From sequence record MT150133.1: 64,000 nt of DNA; one strand, given 5' to 3'. The DNA comes from Enterobacteria phage vB_EcoM_IME540. The translations under genes were made by a program, and so were the position numbers. Below the pieces are notes generated by a model. The model did not search any database. It saw only the letters and a program-made list of their open reading frames with translations, and was not told the DNA's origin. How positions within the stretch are numbered: position 1 is the stretch's first letter; every line of letters starts with the position of its first letter. This document shows, in pieces, positions 31,756 through 42,222 of this stretch.

Positions 31756-32877
31756 ATGGAAAGATTTATGGCAGAATTTGGACAAGGATATGTCCAGGTT
31801 CCTACATTATCTGAAAACAATGCTGTAAGGTATAAACTTAGTATAGCGGGTAGTTGTACTAAGTCTACCACAAAAGCATATGTTAAATTTCAAGATGGGA
31901 ACTTCGGTTCCCAGAATTTTCAAAATGGATTAAACCTTATAGAAATTGATGTTAGTGCTGAACCTAAAATAGTGGCTAACAAAACTTATAGTTTTACAAA
32001 AGATTTTGATGTTATTTCTGAAGCTTTTATAACGTATATAAATTCTATACCGGCCAATAGAATAGTTTGTTTAGTATCTTCTGGTAGATTAAATGCTTCA
32101 CAAAAACTTATCGATTGGTTCCGTGCAGCAGGAAGTACCGCATTCCCGACTAAATGGTTAATAGACCGGTTTGAGCCATCTTATTCTGCATTTTATGTTT
32201 CAGGAAGGAATGCTATAGTAATGGAACATGTGCTTTATAATGATGGGGTGCTTGTCGAAGATGTTTCTACTCCATTAGAAGTGGTATTTGATGATATCAG
32301 CGACGTCGGTGGTACAGGATATCCTGTCAGAATTGTTGAAGACGAAAGCACTTATCTAAGCAATGAGGGAGATGAAATTAAGCGATTTCCTACCGAATCT
32401 CCTACCACCCCATTAACAGATTATAACATGAAGCCAGGTGAATTCTTTTACCTTAAGTTTCAATTAATGTGTGACCAAGCTTTAAAAGACGTCGGGACCT
32501 CTCAGATGTCTGTTAGATTTTTTAATGCCTCAGGTGCTTTAACCGGGACAGTTAATATGGACGTTCCTTCCAACGTTCCTGCTGGTGCATGGATGACATT
32601 TGAACGGGTAGTAATGGTTCCTGAAGGTACTACAGACTTTACCCTTTATGCCAGAAAAACAGCTTCGGCCGGACAAGGTGGAGTTCGAAATGTTATGTTC
32701 GGTGAGATATCTGAATCAGAACCTCAGCCAAAACCCGCTGAATTTGGTGTTAACGGTATTCGTATGAACTTTGGTACGGAAACTAAAAATATGGGTACTA
32801 CCATAGCCCAGCTATATGATAAAACAGGCACTAAACCCGGTCAGGTTTGGGTCGCTGAATTTAGAGAAAAATATTAA
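31756..32877 (+). CDS. 35: long tail fibre hinge protein
   Basis: 373 aa, position and size of T4 gp35. Confidence 0.8.
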   Translation: MERFMAEFGQGYVQVPTLSENNAVRYKLSIAGSCTKSTTKAYVKFQDGNFGSQNFQNGLNLIEIDVSAEPKIVANKTYSFTKDFDVISEAFITYINSIPANRIVCLVSSGRLNASQKLIDWFRAAGSTAFPTKWLIDRFEPSYSAFYVSGRNAIVMEHVLYNDGVLVEDVSTPLEVVFDDISDVGGTGYPVRIVEDESTYLSNEGDEIKRFPTESPTTPLTDYNMKPGEFFYLKFQLMCDQALKDVGTSQMSVRFFNASGALTGTVNMDVPSNVPAGAWMTFERVVMVPEGTTDFTLYARKTASAGQGGVRNVMFGEISESEPQPKPAEFGVNGIRMNFGTETKNMGTTIAQLYDKTGTKPGQVWVAEFREKY

Positions 32878-32905
32878 GGAACCTTCGGGTTCCTTTTTCG
32901 TTTTT
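32878..32905 (+). terminator. rho-independent terminator after gene 35
   Basis: GGAACC-UUCG-GGUUCC followed by UUUUUCGUUUUU. Confidence 0.75.
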
Positions 32906-32910
32906 ACGGC

Positions 32911-32924
32911 CATAAATATATAAA
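32911..32924 (+). promoter_or_regulatory. possible late promoter variant for genes 36-37-38
   Basis: CATAAATATATAAA between gene 35 terminator and gene 36; not an exact TATAAATA. Confidence 0.3.
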
Positions 32925-32951
32925 AGGCTATAACTCCCAAAGGAAACTCAA

Positions 32952-33599
32952 ATGGCAGATTTAAAATTAGGTTCTACAGCAGGAGGTTCGGTATTATGGC
33001 ACCAAGGTAATTTTCCCTTAACGCCTGTATCAAACGACCTTCTTTACAAAACATATAAAGTTTACACTGAATATAATAAACCACAAGCCGCTGATAACGA
33101 CTTTGTTTCAAAAGCAAACGGCGGCAATTATAAGAATAACGTGTATTTTGAAAAAGGTTTGACCTTTAATGATACCAATGGATATGGTATTAAATTAGGA
33201 GCAAGAACTGGCGGAGCCCCGTTCACAGCTTCTTTCCGTATTAAAGGTGCTTTTGGATATGAAACGGAAGATGGTACACCGTTCGTTATATTTGACCCAA
33301 GTACAGTAGTGGGTGCTAAACGCCTCACAGTAATGGGTGATTCATTATTCCGCCAAGTATATGACGAATCAGGTCGTGTATTCAGCCCAGGCAACACCCC
33401 TACTAAAGCCCAAGTAGGATTATCGTTAGTAGATAACGCAAAACAGGTCCAAATAAATAATACTAACATGCAAACAATGACCGGAGTACTTGCTGCTCCT
33501 AACTTTATTTCGCTGAATCCGGCCTCTGACGCAGGACACGTTCCTCGTTTTGACCAGATTGTTATTAAAGATTCTATTCAAGATTTTGGTTATTATTAA
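32952..33599 (+). CDS. 36: long tail fibre distal connector
   Basis: 215 aa; conserved N-terminus and C-terminus (HVPRFDQIVIKDS.QDFGYY) as in T4 gp36. Confidence 0.9.
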   Translation: MADLKLGSTAGGSVLWHQGNFPLTPVSNDLLYKTYKVYTEYNKPQAADNDFVSKANGGNYKNNVYFEKGLTFNDTNGYGIKLGARTGGAPFTASFRIKGAFGYETEDGTPFVIFDPSTVVGAKRLTVMGDSLFRQVYDESGRVFSPGNTPTKAQVGLSLVDNAKQVQINNTNMQTMTGVLAAPNFISLNPASDAGHVPRFDQIVIKDSIQDFGYY

Positions 33600-33607
33600 G
33601 AGGCATT

Positions 33608-36600
33608 ATGGCTACTTTAAAGCAAATCCAATTTAAAAGAAGTAAAGTAGCCGGTGTACGTCCGACACCGGCCCAGTTGGCTGAAGGCGAACTGGCTATT
33701 AACTTAAAGGACCGATTACTTTTTACTAAAGACGATACCGGAGCGATTATCGACCTTGGCTTTGCTAAAGGTGGTAATATTGACGGCAATGTTATTCATA
33801 CCGGTAACTACAATCAAACCGGTGATTATACCCTAAATGGTACCTTTACCCAAACAGGTGATTTTAATTTAACCGGTATTGCTCGCGTAACTCGTGATAT
33901 TATTGCTGCAGGTCAGATAATGACTGAAGGCGGAGAACTTATTTCTAAGAGTGCTTCAACTTCTCATTTGAGATTCTTTGACGGTGCATCACGTGAACGT
34001 GGTATTATCTTTTCTCCTAATAATGCAGGGTTGACAACTCAGGTAGTTAATATCCGTGTTCAAGATTATGCCGCTGGTAGCGAAAGCACTTATGCATTTT
34101 CAGGCAATGGTCAATTTACTTCACCTGAAGTATCGGCATGGAAATCTATTTCATCCCCACAAATTCTGACCGATAAAGTTATTACAAATGGTAAGAAAGC
34201 TGGCGATTATGATATATCTTCATTAGCAAATAATAATTCTGCCACGGATAAAAACTATTTGCGCGTTGTACGTACCGACCCGGCGTCTGCAATGCTCCAT
34301 GAAATTTGTGAAAATAACGGTATCAGTTGGTATTCTGGTTCAACCCCTACTGATTATATGTTGTCTTTTGCTTATTCTGGCGGTTTTCAAGCTGGACATT
34401 CGATTGCAGTAGGTATGGAATCAGGGCCTATGACATATTCAGCCTTAGGTAAAGGTTCTATTGCTTTGGGTGATAATGATACCGGATTAAAATGGCATCA
34501 AGATGGATATTATTTCAGCGTTAATAACGGCACAAGAACTTTACTGTACGGCCCTGCAGAAACAACTAGCCTAAGAAAATTTGTGGCCGGTTATTCTGTA
34601 AACGGTACCGATTTAACCACTCCTCCGTCGGAAAACTATGCATTAGCCACTGTTGTTACTTACCATGATAATAACGCGTATGGTGATGGCCAAACTCTTT
34701 TAGGTTATTATCAAGGTGGTAATTATCACCACTATTTCCGTGGTAAGGGTACTACAAACGTTAACACTGCAGGTGGTCTGTTAGTTACTCCTGGTAATAT
34801 TGATGTTGTTGGTGGTTCGGTTAATATTGACGGCCGCAACAATGCTTCTACTCTGTTTTTCAGAGGAAATACTACAGGAAATAGTTCAGTTGATAACATG
34901 TCTATCAACGTTTGGGGTAACACCTTTAGTACAGTAGATGGCTTTCGTAAAAACGTGATGGAAATATCTGATGATATTAGTTGGATGCATTATATCCAGC
35001 GCAATAAAGATAATACCATTGAGGCTGTATTAAATGGGCAACAAACTATTAACGAAAATCTTGTTGTTAAAAAAGATATTTTGGTTGATAGAGCGGTCCA
35101 CACCGCTGGTGAAATTACTACAAATGCTGTTAACGGGCTCCGCATCTGGAACAACGATTACGGGGTCATTTTTAGACGTTCAGAAGGAAGTCTTCACATT
35201 ATTCCTACTGCATTTGGTGAAGGTAAAAATGGTGATATCGGACCACTTCGTCCATTTAGTTTGGCTTTAGATACCGGTAAGGTTGTTATTCCTGACTTGG
35301 ATTTGAGTTATGCTTCTTTTGCAGCAAACGGCTATATTAAATTCGGTGGACATGGTGCAGGTGCAGGCGGTTACGATATTCAATATGCACAAGCAGCTCC
35401 TGTTTTCCAAGAAATTGATGATGATGCTATAAACAAATATTATCCTATTGTTAAACAGAAGTTTTTAAACAGCAAAGCTGTTTGGTCTTTAGGTACTGAA
35501 ATTAATTCAGGTACATTTGTTTTACACCATATCAAAGAAGATGGTTCACAAGGCCATACATCAAGATTTAACGCTGATGGTACAGTTAACTTTCCGGATA
35601 ACGTTCTGGTCGATGGTGGTATTAACATGAAAGGCGTGATGACTTTTGACGCCGGACATTTAGGATCACAAGATTATTTTAAATTTAACCATTTGGGTGA
35701 TAGTAATAATGCTCGTGATAACATCATCCAGTTAGAAGATAGTCAAGGCGCTCATTTTTCCACTGAACGTACTTTAGCGACAGGTGCAATTAAAACTCGT
35801 TTCTTTGGCGAAACATCCACTGATGGTACATTATACCTAAATCAGATGAATAATAGCTCTGAACGATTCTCTATTAATAATTGGGGAAATTCAGAAGTTG
35901 GTCGCGCGGCAGTGATGGAAGTCAAAGATTCCAAAGGTTATCACTTCTATACTGAACGCAGGACAGATAACAGTTTGAATTTTGATGTTGGTGGCAATTT
36001 TACTGCGCATGGACCTTCCGGAATAACCATCAAAAACTCTGCTGGCGCTCGCCACATCTGGTTTAAAGATGATAGCGAATCGGAAAAGGCTGTTATCTGG
36101 GCTACAGATGAGGGTATTTTACATATACGAAATAATTATGGGGGTTCATTTAGTCATCACTTCCGGGGTGCAATGATTCTAGCGGAAGAGCGTGTTCCAT
36201 ATAATAGTGAATACGCTCTTATCCGTGGTAATATTTCCGGTGGTGCATGGGTAGACTGGCGAGATCGTCCGGCTGGATTGTTGGTAGACTGTCAGGACTC
36301 ACGAAATCAAGCATATAACATTTGGAAAGCTACTCATTGGGGCGAACAGCACATTGCGGCGATGGGTGTTCATGCCGGCGGTGGTAATCCTCATGTTGTA
36401 TTGCATGTGGGTGGGAGTGATTACGCATTTGGATTTAACGGTGATTTTACTGCTGGTGCTGCTGTATATTGTAACGACGTTTATATTCGTTCTGACCGTC
36501 GTCTGAAAATTAATGTTGAAGACTACGAAGAGAATGCGGTGGATAAGGTAAATAAACTCAAAGTTAAAACCTATGATAAAGTTAAATCTCTTTCTGACCG

Positions 36601-36844
36601 CGAAGTTATCGGCCATGAGATTGGTATTATCGCACAGGATTTGCAAGAAGTATTACCGGAAGCTGTTAGCACTTCTAGTGTCGGATCTCAGGATAACCCA
36701 GAAGAAATTTTAACAATTTCTAACTCCGCTGTGAATGCTCTTTTAATTAGGGCCATTCAGGAAATGAGTGAAGAAATTAAAGAATTGAAAACGCCTTTCT
36801 TCACTAAAATTGCTCGCAAAATTGGTAAATACTTTAAATTCTAA
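33608..36844 (+). CDS. 37: long tail fibre distal subunit with C-terminal intramolecular-chaperone-like domain
   Basis: 1078 aa; conserved gp37 N-terminus; C-terminal ~120 aa beginning SDRRLKINVEDY resembles self-cleaving chaperone domains of phage fibres. Confidence 0.9.
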   Translation: MATLKQIQFKRSKVAGVRPTPAQLAEGELAINLKDRLLFTKDDTGAIIDLGFAKGGNIDGNVIHTGNYNQTGDYTLNGTFTQTGDFNLTGIARVTRDIIAAGQIMTEGGELISKSASTSHLRFFDGASRERGIIFSPNNAGLTTQVVNIRVQDYAAGSESTYAFSGNGQFTSPEVSAWKSISSPQILTDKVITNGKKAGDYDISSLANNNSATDKNYLRVVRTDPASAMLHEICENNGISWYSGSTPTDYMLSFAYSGGFQAGHSIAVGMESGPMTYSALGKGSIALGDNDTGLKWHQDGYYFSVNNGTRTLLYGPAETTSLRKFVAGYSVNGTDLTTPPSENYALATVVTYHDNNAYGDGQTLLGYYQGGNYHHYFRGKGTTNVNTAGGLLVTPGNIDVVGGSVNIDGRNNASTLFFRGNTTGNSSVDNMSINVWGNTFSTVDGFRKNVMEISDDISWMHYIQRNKDNTIEAVLNGQQTINENLVVKKDILVDRAVHTAGEITTNAVNGLRIWNNDYGVIFRRSEGSLHIIPTAFGEGKNGDIGPLRPFSLALDTGKVVIPDLDLSYASFAANGYIKFGGHGAGAGGYDIQYAQAAPVFQEIDDDAINKYYPIVKQKFLNSKAVWSLGTEINSGTFVLHHIKEDGSQGHTSRFNADGTVNFPDNVLVDGGINMKGVMTFDAGHLGSQDYFKFNHLGDSNNARDNIIQLEDSQGAHFSTERTLATGAIKTRFFGETSTDGTLYLNQMNNSSERFSINNWGNSEVGRAAVMEVKDSKGYHFYTERRTDNSLNFDVGGNFTAHGPSGITIKNSAGARHIWFKDDSESEKAVIWATDEGILHIRNNYGGSFSHHFRGAMILAEERVPYNSEYALIRGNISGGAWVDWRDRPAGLLVDCQDSRNQAYNIWKATHWGEQHIAAMGVHAGGGNPHVVLHVGGSDYAFGFNGDFTAGAAVYCNDVYIRSDRRLKINVEDYEENAVDKVNKLKVKTYDKVKSLSDREVIGHEIGIIAQDLQEVLPEAVSTSSVGSQDNPEEILTISNSAVNALLIRAIQEMSEEIKELKTPFFTKIARKIGKYFKF

Positions 36845-36848
36845 TAAC

Positions 36849-36865
36849 AAGGGGCAATGCCCCTT
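36849..36865 (+). promoter_or_regulatory. hairpin between genes 37 and 38
   Basis: AAGGGG-CAAUG-CCCCUU followed by GGAG and gene 38 ATG. Confidence 0.4.
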
Positions 36866-36877
36866 TGGAGATAAATT

Positions 36878-37681
36878 ATGGCAGTAGTTGGTGTTCCTGG
36901 TTGGATTGGAAGTTCAGCCGTAAATGAAACGGGCCAGCGCTGGATGAGTCAAGCGGCTGGTCAATTAAGATTAGGTGTTCCTTGCTGGATGAGTCAATTT
37001 GCAGGTCGCTCAAGAGAAATTATTCATACACTTGGAGCGGACCACAACTTTAACGGACAATGGTTTAGAGACCGTTGTTTTGAAGCCGGTGCTGCACCTA
37101 TTGTGTTTAATATTGTAGGCGATATAGTATCTTACGACCGTAACGTTCCGCTGTTCTTTATGAATGGTGATACTCCTAATGAATATGTTACTTTGAATAT
37201 TCATGGTGGGGTTCATATGTGGGGACGTGGTGGTCATGGCGGTTGGACCCACTCAGGTGGAGACGGTAACGGTCAATGGGGTGGCGATTGTATAGTCAAC
37301 CATATAGGTCATAGACTACGTATTTGGAACTATGGGGTTATCTGTGGCGGTGGCGGTGGTGGTGGTGGCATTGCGTATCGTCCTCACTCAGGTGCTAACT
37401 GGCAAGATATCGGTGGTGGTGGTGGACGTCCATTTGGTCCTGGTGGCGGTGGTGGATACTCCGGTGGTGGTGCTTCTTATGAAAGCCCTGGTGGTGGATA
37501 CGATTATGGTAATGCCCACTCAGGTCGTGGCGGTGATGCTGGCGGCGCTGGCGGCAACGCATGGAATGATGGTGGTAAAGTTCTTAAAGTTGGGGCTGGG
37601 GGCGGTTCTGGAGCTGCTGTTGCCATTTCTGCTCCTGCATGGGGCGCGACAGGTACGATTTACGGTCCTTGGCTTAGTTAA
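36878..37681 (+). CDS. 38: tail-fibre adhesin gp38 (T2 type, glycine-rich motifs)
   Basis: 267 aa; conserved N-terminus [71 protein letters not shown] and several poly-Gly motifs. Confidence 0.85.
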   Translation: MAVVGVPGWIGSSAVNETGQRWMSQAAGQLRLGVPCWMSQFAGRSREIIHTLGADHNFNGQWFRDRCFEAGAAPIVFNIVGDIVSYDRNVPLFFMNGDTPNEYVTLNIHGGVHMWGRGGHGGWTHSGGDGNGQWGGDCIVNHIGHRLRIWNYGVICGGGGGGGGIAYRPHSGANWQDIGGGGGRPFGPGGGGGYSGGGASYESPGGGYDYGNAHSGRGGDAGGAGGNAWNDGGKVLKVGAGGGSGAAVAISAPAWGATGTIYGPWLS

Positions 37682-37686
37682 GAAAT

Positions 37687-37694
37687 TATAAATA
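37687..37694 (+). promoter_or_regulatory. late promoter for holin t
   Basis: Exact TATAAATA 19 nt upstream of ATG at 37713. Confidence 0.7.
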
Positions 37695-37712
37695 TCTTTA
37701 AAGGAGAAAAGT

Positions 37713-38366
37713 ATGGAACCAAAAGTAGGAATATCATTATCAGACCTACTTTTTGGACTTCTTGATAGAATTTTTAAAGATACTTCTTCCGGGAAAGTAG
37801 TTTTTTCCCGGGTCCTAGTCGTGATATTATTGTTCTTTATGGCATTGGTTTGGTATAAAGGCGAGTATATTCTAAACTTTTATAAAGAGACAACTTATGC
37901 CTCTTATACTGAAATGATTAGACAAGACCAGGACAATAGATTTAAAATTGCGGCTATCGAGCAGCTCCGAATAGTGCATTCTTCTTCAGGCGCAGACTTC
38001 ACAGCAATATATTCTTTTAGACCAACCAACATGAATTATTTTGTGGATATGGTGGCTTACGAGGGTAAATTACCGGAAACGGTAGACGCAAAAAATACGG
38101 GAGGGTTTCCAATTGACAAAACGTCAGTAGAATATATGGTGGGAGTTAACGGGAACTATTTTGAATCAAGTACCGAAACTGTATTCCTTCCTACAAAGAA
38201 GAAAACACAATTCACGTATATGTTTTCGTGCCCGTTTTTTAATTTGGATAACGTCTACGCCGGCTCGATATCGTTGTACTGGTATGATATCAAACCGGAT
38301 TTAGGATTTCCTAGACTTTCGTCTATGTGCGGTCAGGCTGGGAGGACATTAGGTCGAACACGTTAG
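37713..38366 (+). CDS. t: holin
   Basis: 217 aa; resembles T4 holin T; single N-terminal transmembrane region. Confidence 0.9.
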   Translation: MEPKVGISLSDLLFGLLDRIFKDTSSGKVVFSRVLVVILLFFMALVWYKGEYILNFYKETTYASYTEMIRQDQDNRFKIAAIEQLRIVHSSSGADFTAIYSFRPTNMNYFVDMVAYEGKLPETVDAKNTGGFPIDKTSVEYMVGVNGNYFESSTETVFLPTKKKTQFTYMFSCPFFNLDNVYAGSISLYWYDIKPDLGFPRLSSMCGQAGRTLGRTR

Positions 38367-38638
38367 AAATTGGAGGTATACATCATTAAGTAACGGTGTA
38401 TATCTTCATACCCTTCATTAAATTGCTCAATAAGAGTGTCACGTTCATCTTCAGTTAATGACTTAAATAATTTGTTATAAGACAAACCATTAAGTTCCTT
38501 TCCATGTTCATTACGAATACCCAACTCATTCAAAAAGGCAATAAACTCATCACGACGTTGCATGATGTCTTCACAATCCGTTTTAATCAAAATGGAAACA
38601 ATAGTAGCAATTTCGGAAACAATTTCAATTTTAGTCAT
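38363..38638 (-). CDS. asiA: anti-sigma70 factor AsiA
   Basis: 91 aa; resembles T4 AsiA (IAFLNE...LIEQFNEGYEDIHRYLMMY). Confidence 0.85.
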   Translation of the reverse strand: MTKIEIVSEIATIVSILIKTDCEDIMQRRDEFIAFLNELGIRNEHGKELNGLSYNKLFKSLTEDERDTLIEQFNEGYEDIHRYLMMYTSNF

Positions 38639-38676
38639 AATATTCTCTTCAATTCAGTACGTGTCATTATCTGATA

Positions 38677-38713
38677 GGGCTATACTAACATATCCTTAGG
38701 GATTGTAAACATG
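38677..38713 (-). promoter_or_regulatory. early promoter for asiA
   Basis: GTTTAC, 17 bp, TG-extended TAGTAT. Confidence 0.55.
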
Positions 38714-38854
38714 TCCTTCGTTCTTTTTAACATATTCCTGATACATCTCTTCTATTGGTTCCTGGAACTTAAAATCAGCTCCCAGGAATTCCTCAAAGCA
38801 CTCCTGATCACGCGTACGCATGCCTGTTACGGTATTCTCTAAGTTATGACTCAT
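38696..38854 (-). CDS. small hypothetical protein (52 aa)
   Basis: Hand-translated ORF below track cut-off; overlaps the asiA promoter; weak. Confidence 0.3.
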   Translation of the reverse strand: MSHNLENTVTGMRTRDQECFEEFLGADFKFQEPIEEMYQEYVKKNEGHVYNP

Positions 38855-38943
38855 AGCCTTTACCCTTATGTTTCTGTTTACGTTTAGACTCTTTAAAGTT
38901 TTTCTTCTTATCCTTATGGACAGAAGCCTTATTGAAATCGTGC

Positions 38944-39225
38944 TTAGCTACCAGATTGTTCACGTAATTTCCTTAATTGATATTCAAGAGAGCTGATAAT
39001 TTCTTTATTAGTTGCAATATACATATCACGTAGGAACGGCTTCAACCCTTCCATATTCCCATGGATTGTCTTGGAACTAATATTCTTTATATATTCATGG
39101 TCCAATGCATCCCAAGCTGGTTGGTTGACATAAGTTCCCCAGTTGTCTTCCACCATAACATTAAGACGTTTAATATGGTTAATATGGGCTTCGATTGCAT
39201 CAATCTGGAGTTGTTTAAGATTCAT
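38944..39225 (-). CDS. hypothetical protein at the position of T4 arn
   Basis: 93 aa (T4 Arn is 92 aa) between asiA and motA; assignment by position and size only. Confidence 0.35.
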   Translation of the reverse strand: MNLKQLQIDAIEAHINHIKRLNVMVEDNWGTYVNQPAWDALDHEYIKNISSKTIHGNMEGLKPFLRDMYIATNKEIISSLEYQLRKLREQSGS

Positions 39226-39722
39226 TAGTAAAGGTCCTCAGAGTAAAGTTCTTTTTCACTACCACCACGTTCAATACGTACTTGTCCGGCGTAAGTTGCA
39301 ATAATCATTGCTTCTTCACGGGTCCAATAGTTTGAATATTGGTCAATAAAGCCTTGGTCATCACCACAAACATGGTCTGATACAAGTTTATCACTTACCT
39401 GGTCAAGAACTTCAGCCATATCTTTAGAATAATGACGAGCGCCAGGAATAACCAGAGTCCCACCATCTTTTAACTTAAAGCGGTTGGCTGCACACACAAT
39501 TCGACGTTGATATTTTTCATTATTGTTCCAATAGGCAATCTGCCAACAGATTTCAGGAACCTCTTCTAAAACATCCTCTTCCGTATATTTGGTGTAGTCG
39601 CCATAGGCCTGTAATTTAGCTGCTAGACTTTCGGGCGTCTCACGAGAAAGAGCTTTATCTAATAAGGCCATTCGGTCTTTAAAGGATAATTCTTTACCTT
39701 TTAATGGATTCATTTGAACCAA
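39225..39722 (-). CDS. hypothetical protein
   Basis: ORF track; 165 aa. Confidence 0.45.
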   Translation of the reverse strand: MVQMNPLKGKELSFKDRMALLDKALSRETPESLAAKLQAYGDYTKYTEEDVLEEVPEICWQIAYWNNNEKYQRRIVCAANRFKLKDGGTLVIPGARHYSKDMAEVLDQVSDKLVSDHVCGDDQGFIDQYSNYWTREEAMIIATYAGQVRIERGGSEKELYSEDLY

Positions 39723-40039
39723 CCTTTAACACGTTGCCACAGACTTTTCTGTTGAGCTTTATTAACACCAATTGAACGAATGACAGGTTGTGATTCCTGG
39801 TATTCTTTATAGTCTGCTTTATAAACTTCGTAAGCTGCGTCAACAAAGGAAGAAATAGCTGCCATATAATTTTTACGAATACCGAGTGGTGCTTTTCCAT
39901 CGTCACGATGAATAAAGTATGAACCGGCTTTAATCTTCACAATACTTCCGAGATAAGCACCATGATACCAAATGTCCCAACCTTCTTGAGTAGGTTCTGC
40001 ACAACGACGAAGTTCATTAACAATATTCAGCTTGTTCAT
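39710..40039 (-). CDS. hypothetical protein
   Basis: ORF track. Confidence 0.4.
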   Translation of the reverse strand: MNKLNIVNELRRCAEPTQEGWDIWYHGAYLGSIVKIKAGSYFIHRDDGKAPLGIRKNYMAAISSFVDAAYEVYKADYKEYQESQPVIRSIGVNKAQQKSLWQRVKGWFK

Positions 40040-40049
40040 AATAATTTCC

Positions 40050-40682
40050 TCAGATTGCGTTAGTTACGGTTTTGATAACTTCAGATGATACATTTTGGAA
40101 GTCGATATAAGTATTCTTACCACCAGTCTTAATCTTAACATCAAGATTCAAGGAAGTAAACACTTGTTTTTCTTTATCAGTCATATTATAACCGAAGATA
40201 CGCATCATTCCGTCGCGACGGACTTCGATTTGACGAATACCATTGGTGCGTTTAGCGAATCGAACTTCAAGGTTGCTACGGTTTTCAGCAATTTCACGAA
40301 TCTCGATACGGTCTTCTAATAAAGCTTTAACTTCATCAGCCAGAGTTACCATTTCAGGAGTAACACCACGTGAACTGCGTGTTTTACGTTTTTCCAACAT
40401 CTCTGGAGCATTTTCAGAAGCGAACAGGTCGGCAGCTTTTTGAACTAGGTCCATTGCTTCACCTGTAGCCACTAAACCATCACCAGATTTTTCGATGAAT
40501 CCTTTCTTAATCAATACACCGATGTTAGAGTTAACTACCGCAGCACTAAATTGCTCACTCAGGGCTTCACGGACTTCGCCTGAAGTGATGAAGTTATGCT
40601 TGATGATATGTACTAAGATCGAAGCAGTTTTTTCATTCAGGACGTCTTCAGAAGCTTTGATGATATAAGTAATTTTAGACAT
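40050..40682 (-). CDS. motA: middle-transcription activator MotA
   Basis: Resembles T4 MotA (MSKITYIIKAS.DVLNEKTA...VVNSNIGVLIKKG..EKSGDGL); start at MSKITY. Confidence 0.9.
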   Translation of the reverse strand: MSKITYIIKASEDVLNEKTASILVHIIKHNFITSGEVREALSEQFSAAVVNSNIGVLIKKGFIEKSGDGLVATGEAMDLVQKAADLFASENAPEMLEKRKTRSSRGVTPEMVTLADEVKALLEDRIEIREIAENRSNLEVRFAKRTNGIRQIEVRRDGMMRIFGYNMTDKEKQVFTSLNLDVKIKTGGKNTYIDFQNVSSEVIKTVTNAI

Positions 40683-40715
40683 TTTGTATCTCCATTTCAC
40701 TCTATTGTTTTGATA

Positions 40716-40751
40716 GGTCTATAGTATCATGTTTAAAGCAGAAGTAAACAC
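40716..40751 (-). promoter_or_regulatory. early promoter for motA
   Basis: GTTTAC, 17 bp, TG-extended TACTAT (gataggtctatagtatcatg cassette). Confidence 0.6.
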
Positions 40752-40772
40752 TTTTTTCACTAAACCCAAAAA

Positions 40773-40789
40773 AGAACCCGAAGGTTCCT
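40773..40789 (-). terminator. rho-independent terminator
   Basis: GGAACC-UUCG-GGUUC followed by UUUUUUGGGUUU on minus strand. Confidence 0.6.
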
Positions 40790-40893
40790 TACTTTTTAAA
40801 GTGGGCCGCTATTAAACCTATAGCTAAGCCTGTCGCCAGGCCTAGAATAACAGCAAAGATACAGAGTAACAAGAACTCGACTCCAAGGCTCAT
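40789..40893 (-). CDS. small hydrophobic peptide (34 aa)
   Basis: Hand-translated MSLGVEFLLLCIFAVILGLATGLAIGLIAAHFKK; ATGA overlap with gene 52 stop; followed by terminator hairpin. Confidence 0.35.
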   Translation of the reverse strand: MSLGVEFLLLCIFAVILGLATGLAIGLIAAHFKK

Positions 40894-42218
40894 AGAGCCT
40901 CCAAATCTTTAACATACTCAGTTACCACATCAGTGGTTTTCCAGTATTGATGCTCTTCTTTCTTAGCCTTGGCTTCGAGGGCCAGTTTCTTGGCTTCATC
41001 GGATGTGATATGGAAAATGTTCATGGCCACTAGTTTATCGGCATATTCGCCATAGACTTTATTACCAGCCAATTCCTCAGTTAAAACCTTACGGGTCTTA
41101 CCTTGGATAACTACAGTCCCATCAATAACATCTTTGATAAATGTAGCTTTAGCCAATGCTAGTTTAAAAGCTTCTTCGGTTTCGATGATTTTACCATCAA
41201 TACGTTTTTGTACAAAGGTCTTACGGACCTCAACGAAATCACGAATCAGTTCAACTGCATCTTCGTAAACCTTAAGCTTACCTTTTTCATTAATGACGGT
41301 CAGGTTTTGTGAACGACGTTCGATTAACCCGAAGTCCTTCATGAGTTTTTCGTGTTTCTTATCTTCATCAGTAGGCAATTCGTATTCTTTACGAATCTTA
41401 ACCTTGAAGCCAAAACCGTTCTCATCACAGTCATCATCATATGTGATATACCCTTTGTCTTCCAGAGGGTCTAATATCTTAGCCACATATGTTTCACGGT
41501 CATATTTGTACGGGATTTCCGTGATATGCATTTGGGTTCGGGATGTGAACTTATACGTTCCACGAATCTCATAACTACCAGGTTCAATCTCAACAACATC
41601 ACCGCGGAATTCAGGATAAGCCACTTTGGGTTTGGTTACTCGTTTTTCCTGAAGAATTTGCAGTACAGCTTTCTTAACAGAATCAAAACTATGAGGAAGA
41701 ATATTAGTTGCATAACCAGTTGCAATACCGGAAACGCCATTAAGAAGAACAGTAGGAATAATAGGCAGATAAAAAGCCGGTGGCTTATGTTCAACATCCG
41801 CATGAACCGGAGCATATTCTGTGTCCTTATAAACTTTTGCAAAGTTACTTCCAATACGAGCAAAAATATAACGAGAGGCTGCAGCTTTTTGAACCAATCG
41901 GGAACCAAAGTTACCTTGACCGTCTAACAATGGATAGTTGTTGTTCCATGTGTTAGCCATCAAAGCCCCTGCTTCCTGAGCAGAACCTTCACCGTGGTGA
42001 TATCCGAGGTCGGCTACACCACCAGCGATAGAAGCCAGTTTGTGGAATTTTTCTTTATTACCACGAGCCATATCAAGACAACGAGCCACTACAAAACGTT
42101 GTACAGGTTTAAAGCCATCAATCATATTTGGAATGGCTCGGTTTTCGACAGTATACATTGCATAAGCCAATGCTTCGTTGTCGATAATACTTTTTAAACC
42201 ACGAGATGTTAATTCCAT
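40890..42218 (-). CDS. 52: DNA topoisomerase II medium subunit (GyrA-like)
   Basis: 442 aa; resembles T4 gp52. Confidence 0.92.
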   Translation of the reverse strand: MELTSRGLKSIIDNEALAYAMYTVENRAIPNMIDGFKPVQRFVVARCLDMARGNKEKFHKLASIAGGVADLGYHHGEGSAQEAGALMANTWNNNYPLLDGQGNFGSRLVQKAAASRYIFARIGSNFAKVYKDTEYAPVHADVEHKPPAFYLPIIPTVLLNGVSGIATGYATNILPHSFDSVKKAVLQILQEKRVTKPKVAYPEFRGDVVEIEPGSYEIRGTYKFTSRTQMHITEIPYKYDRETYVAKILDPLEDKGYITYDDDCDENGFGFKVKIRKEYELPTDEDKKHEKLMKDFGLIERRSQNLTVINEKGKLKVYEDAVELIRDFVEVRKTFVQKRIDGKIIETEEAFKLALAKATFIKDVIDGTVVIQGKTRKVLTEELAGNKVYGEYADKLVAMNIFHITSDEAKKLALEAKAKKEEHQYWKTTDVVTEYVKDLEAL

Positions 42219-42222
42219 AATT

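Noticed and set aside
27791-31814. Minus-strand and alternate-frame ORFs inside gene 34 (e.g. 27791..28012, 29194..29451, 29962..30279, 31515..31814)
   Set aside because: Shadows within the 1350-aa tail-fibre gene, which is colinear with T4 gp34.
37010-37691. Alternative-frame ORFs (37010..37252 minus, 37332..37691 plus) over the glycine-rich region
   Set aside because: The GGNGGN repeats give open frames in several registers; the frame encoding the gp38 adhesin with its conserved N-terminus is the real one. Also rejected calling this a simple repeat, since it encodes the adhesin glycine-rich motifs.
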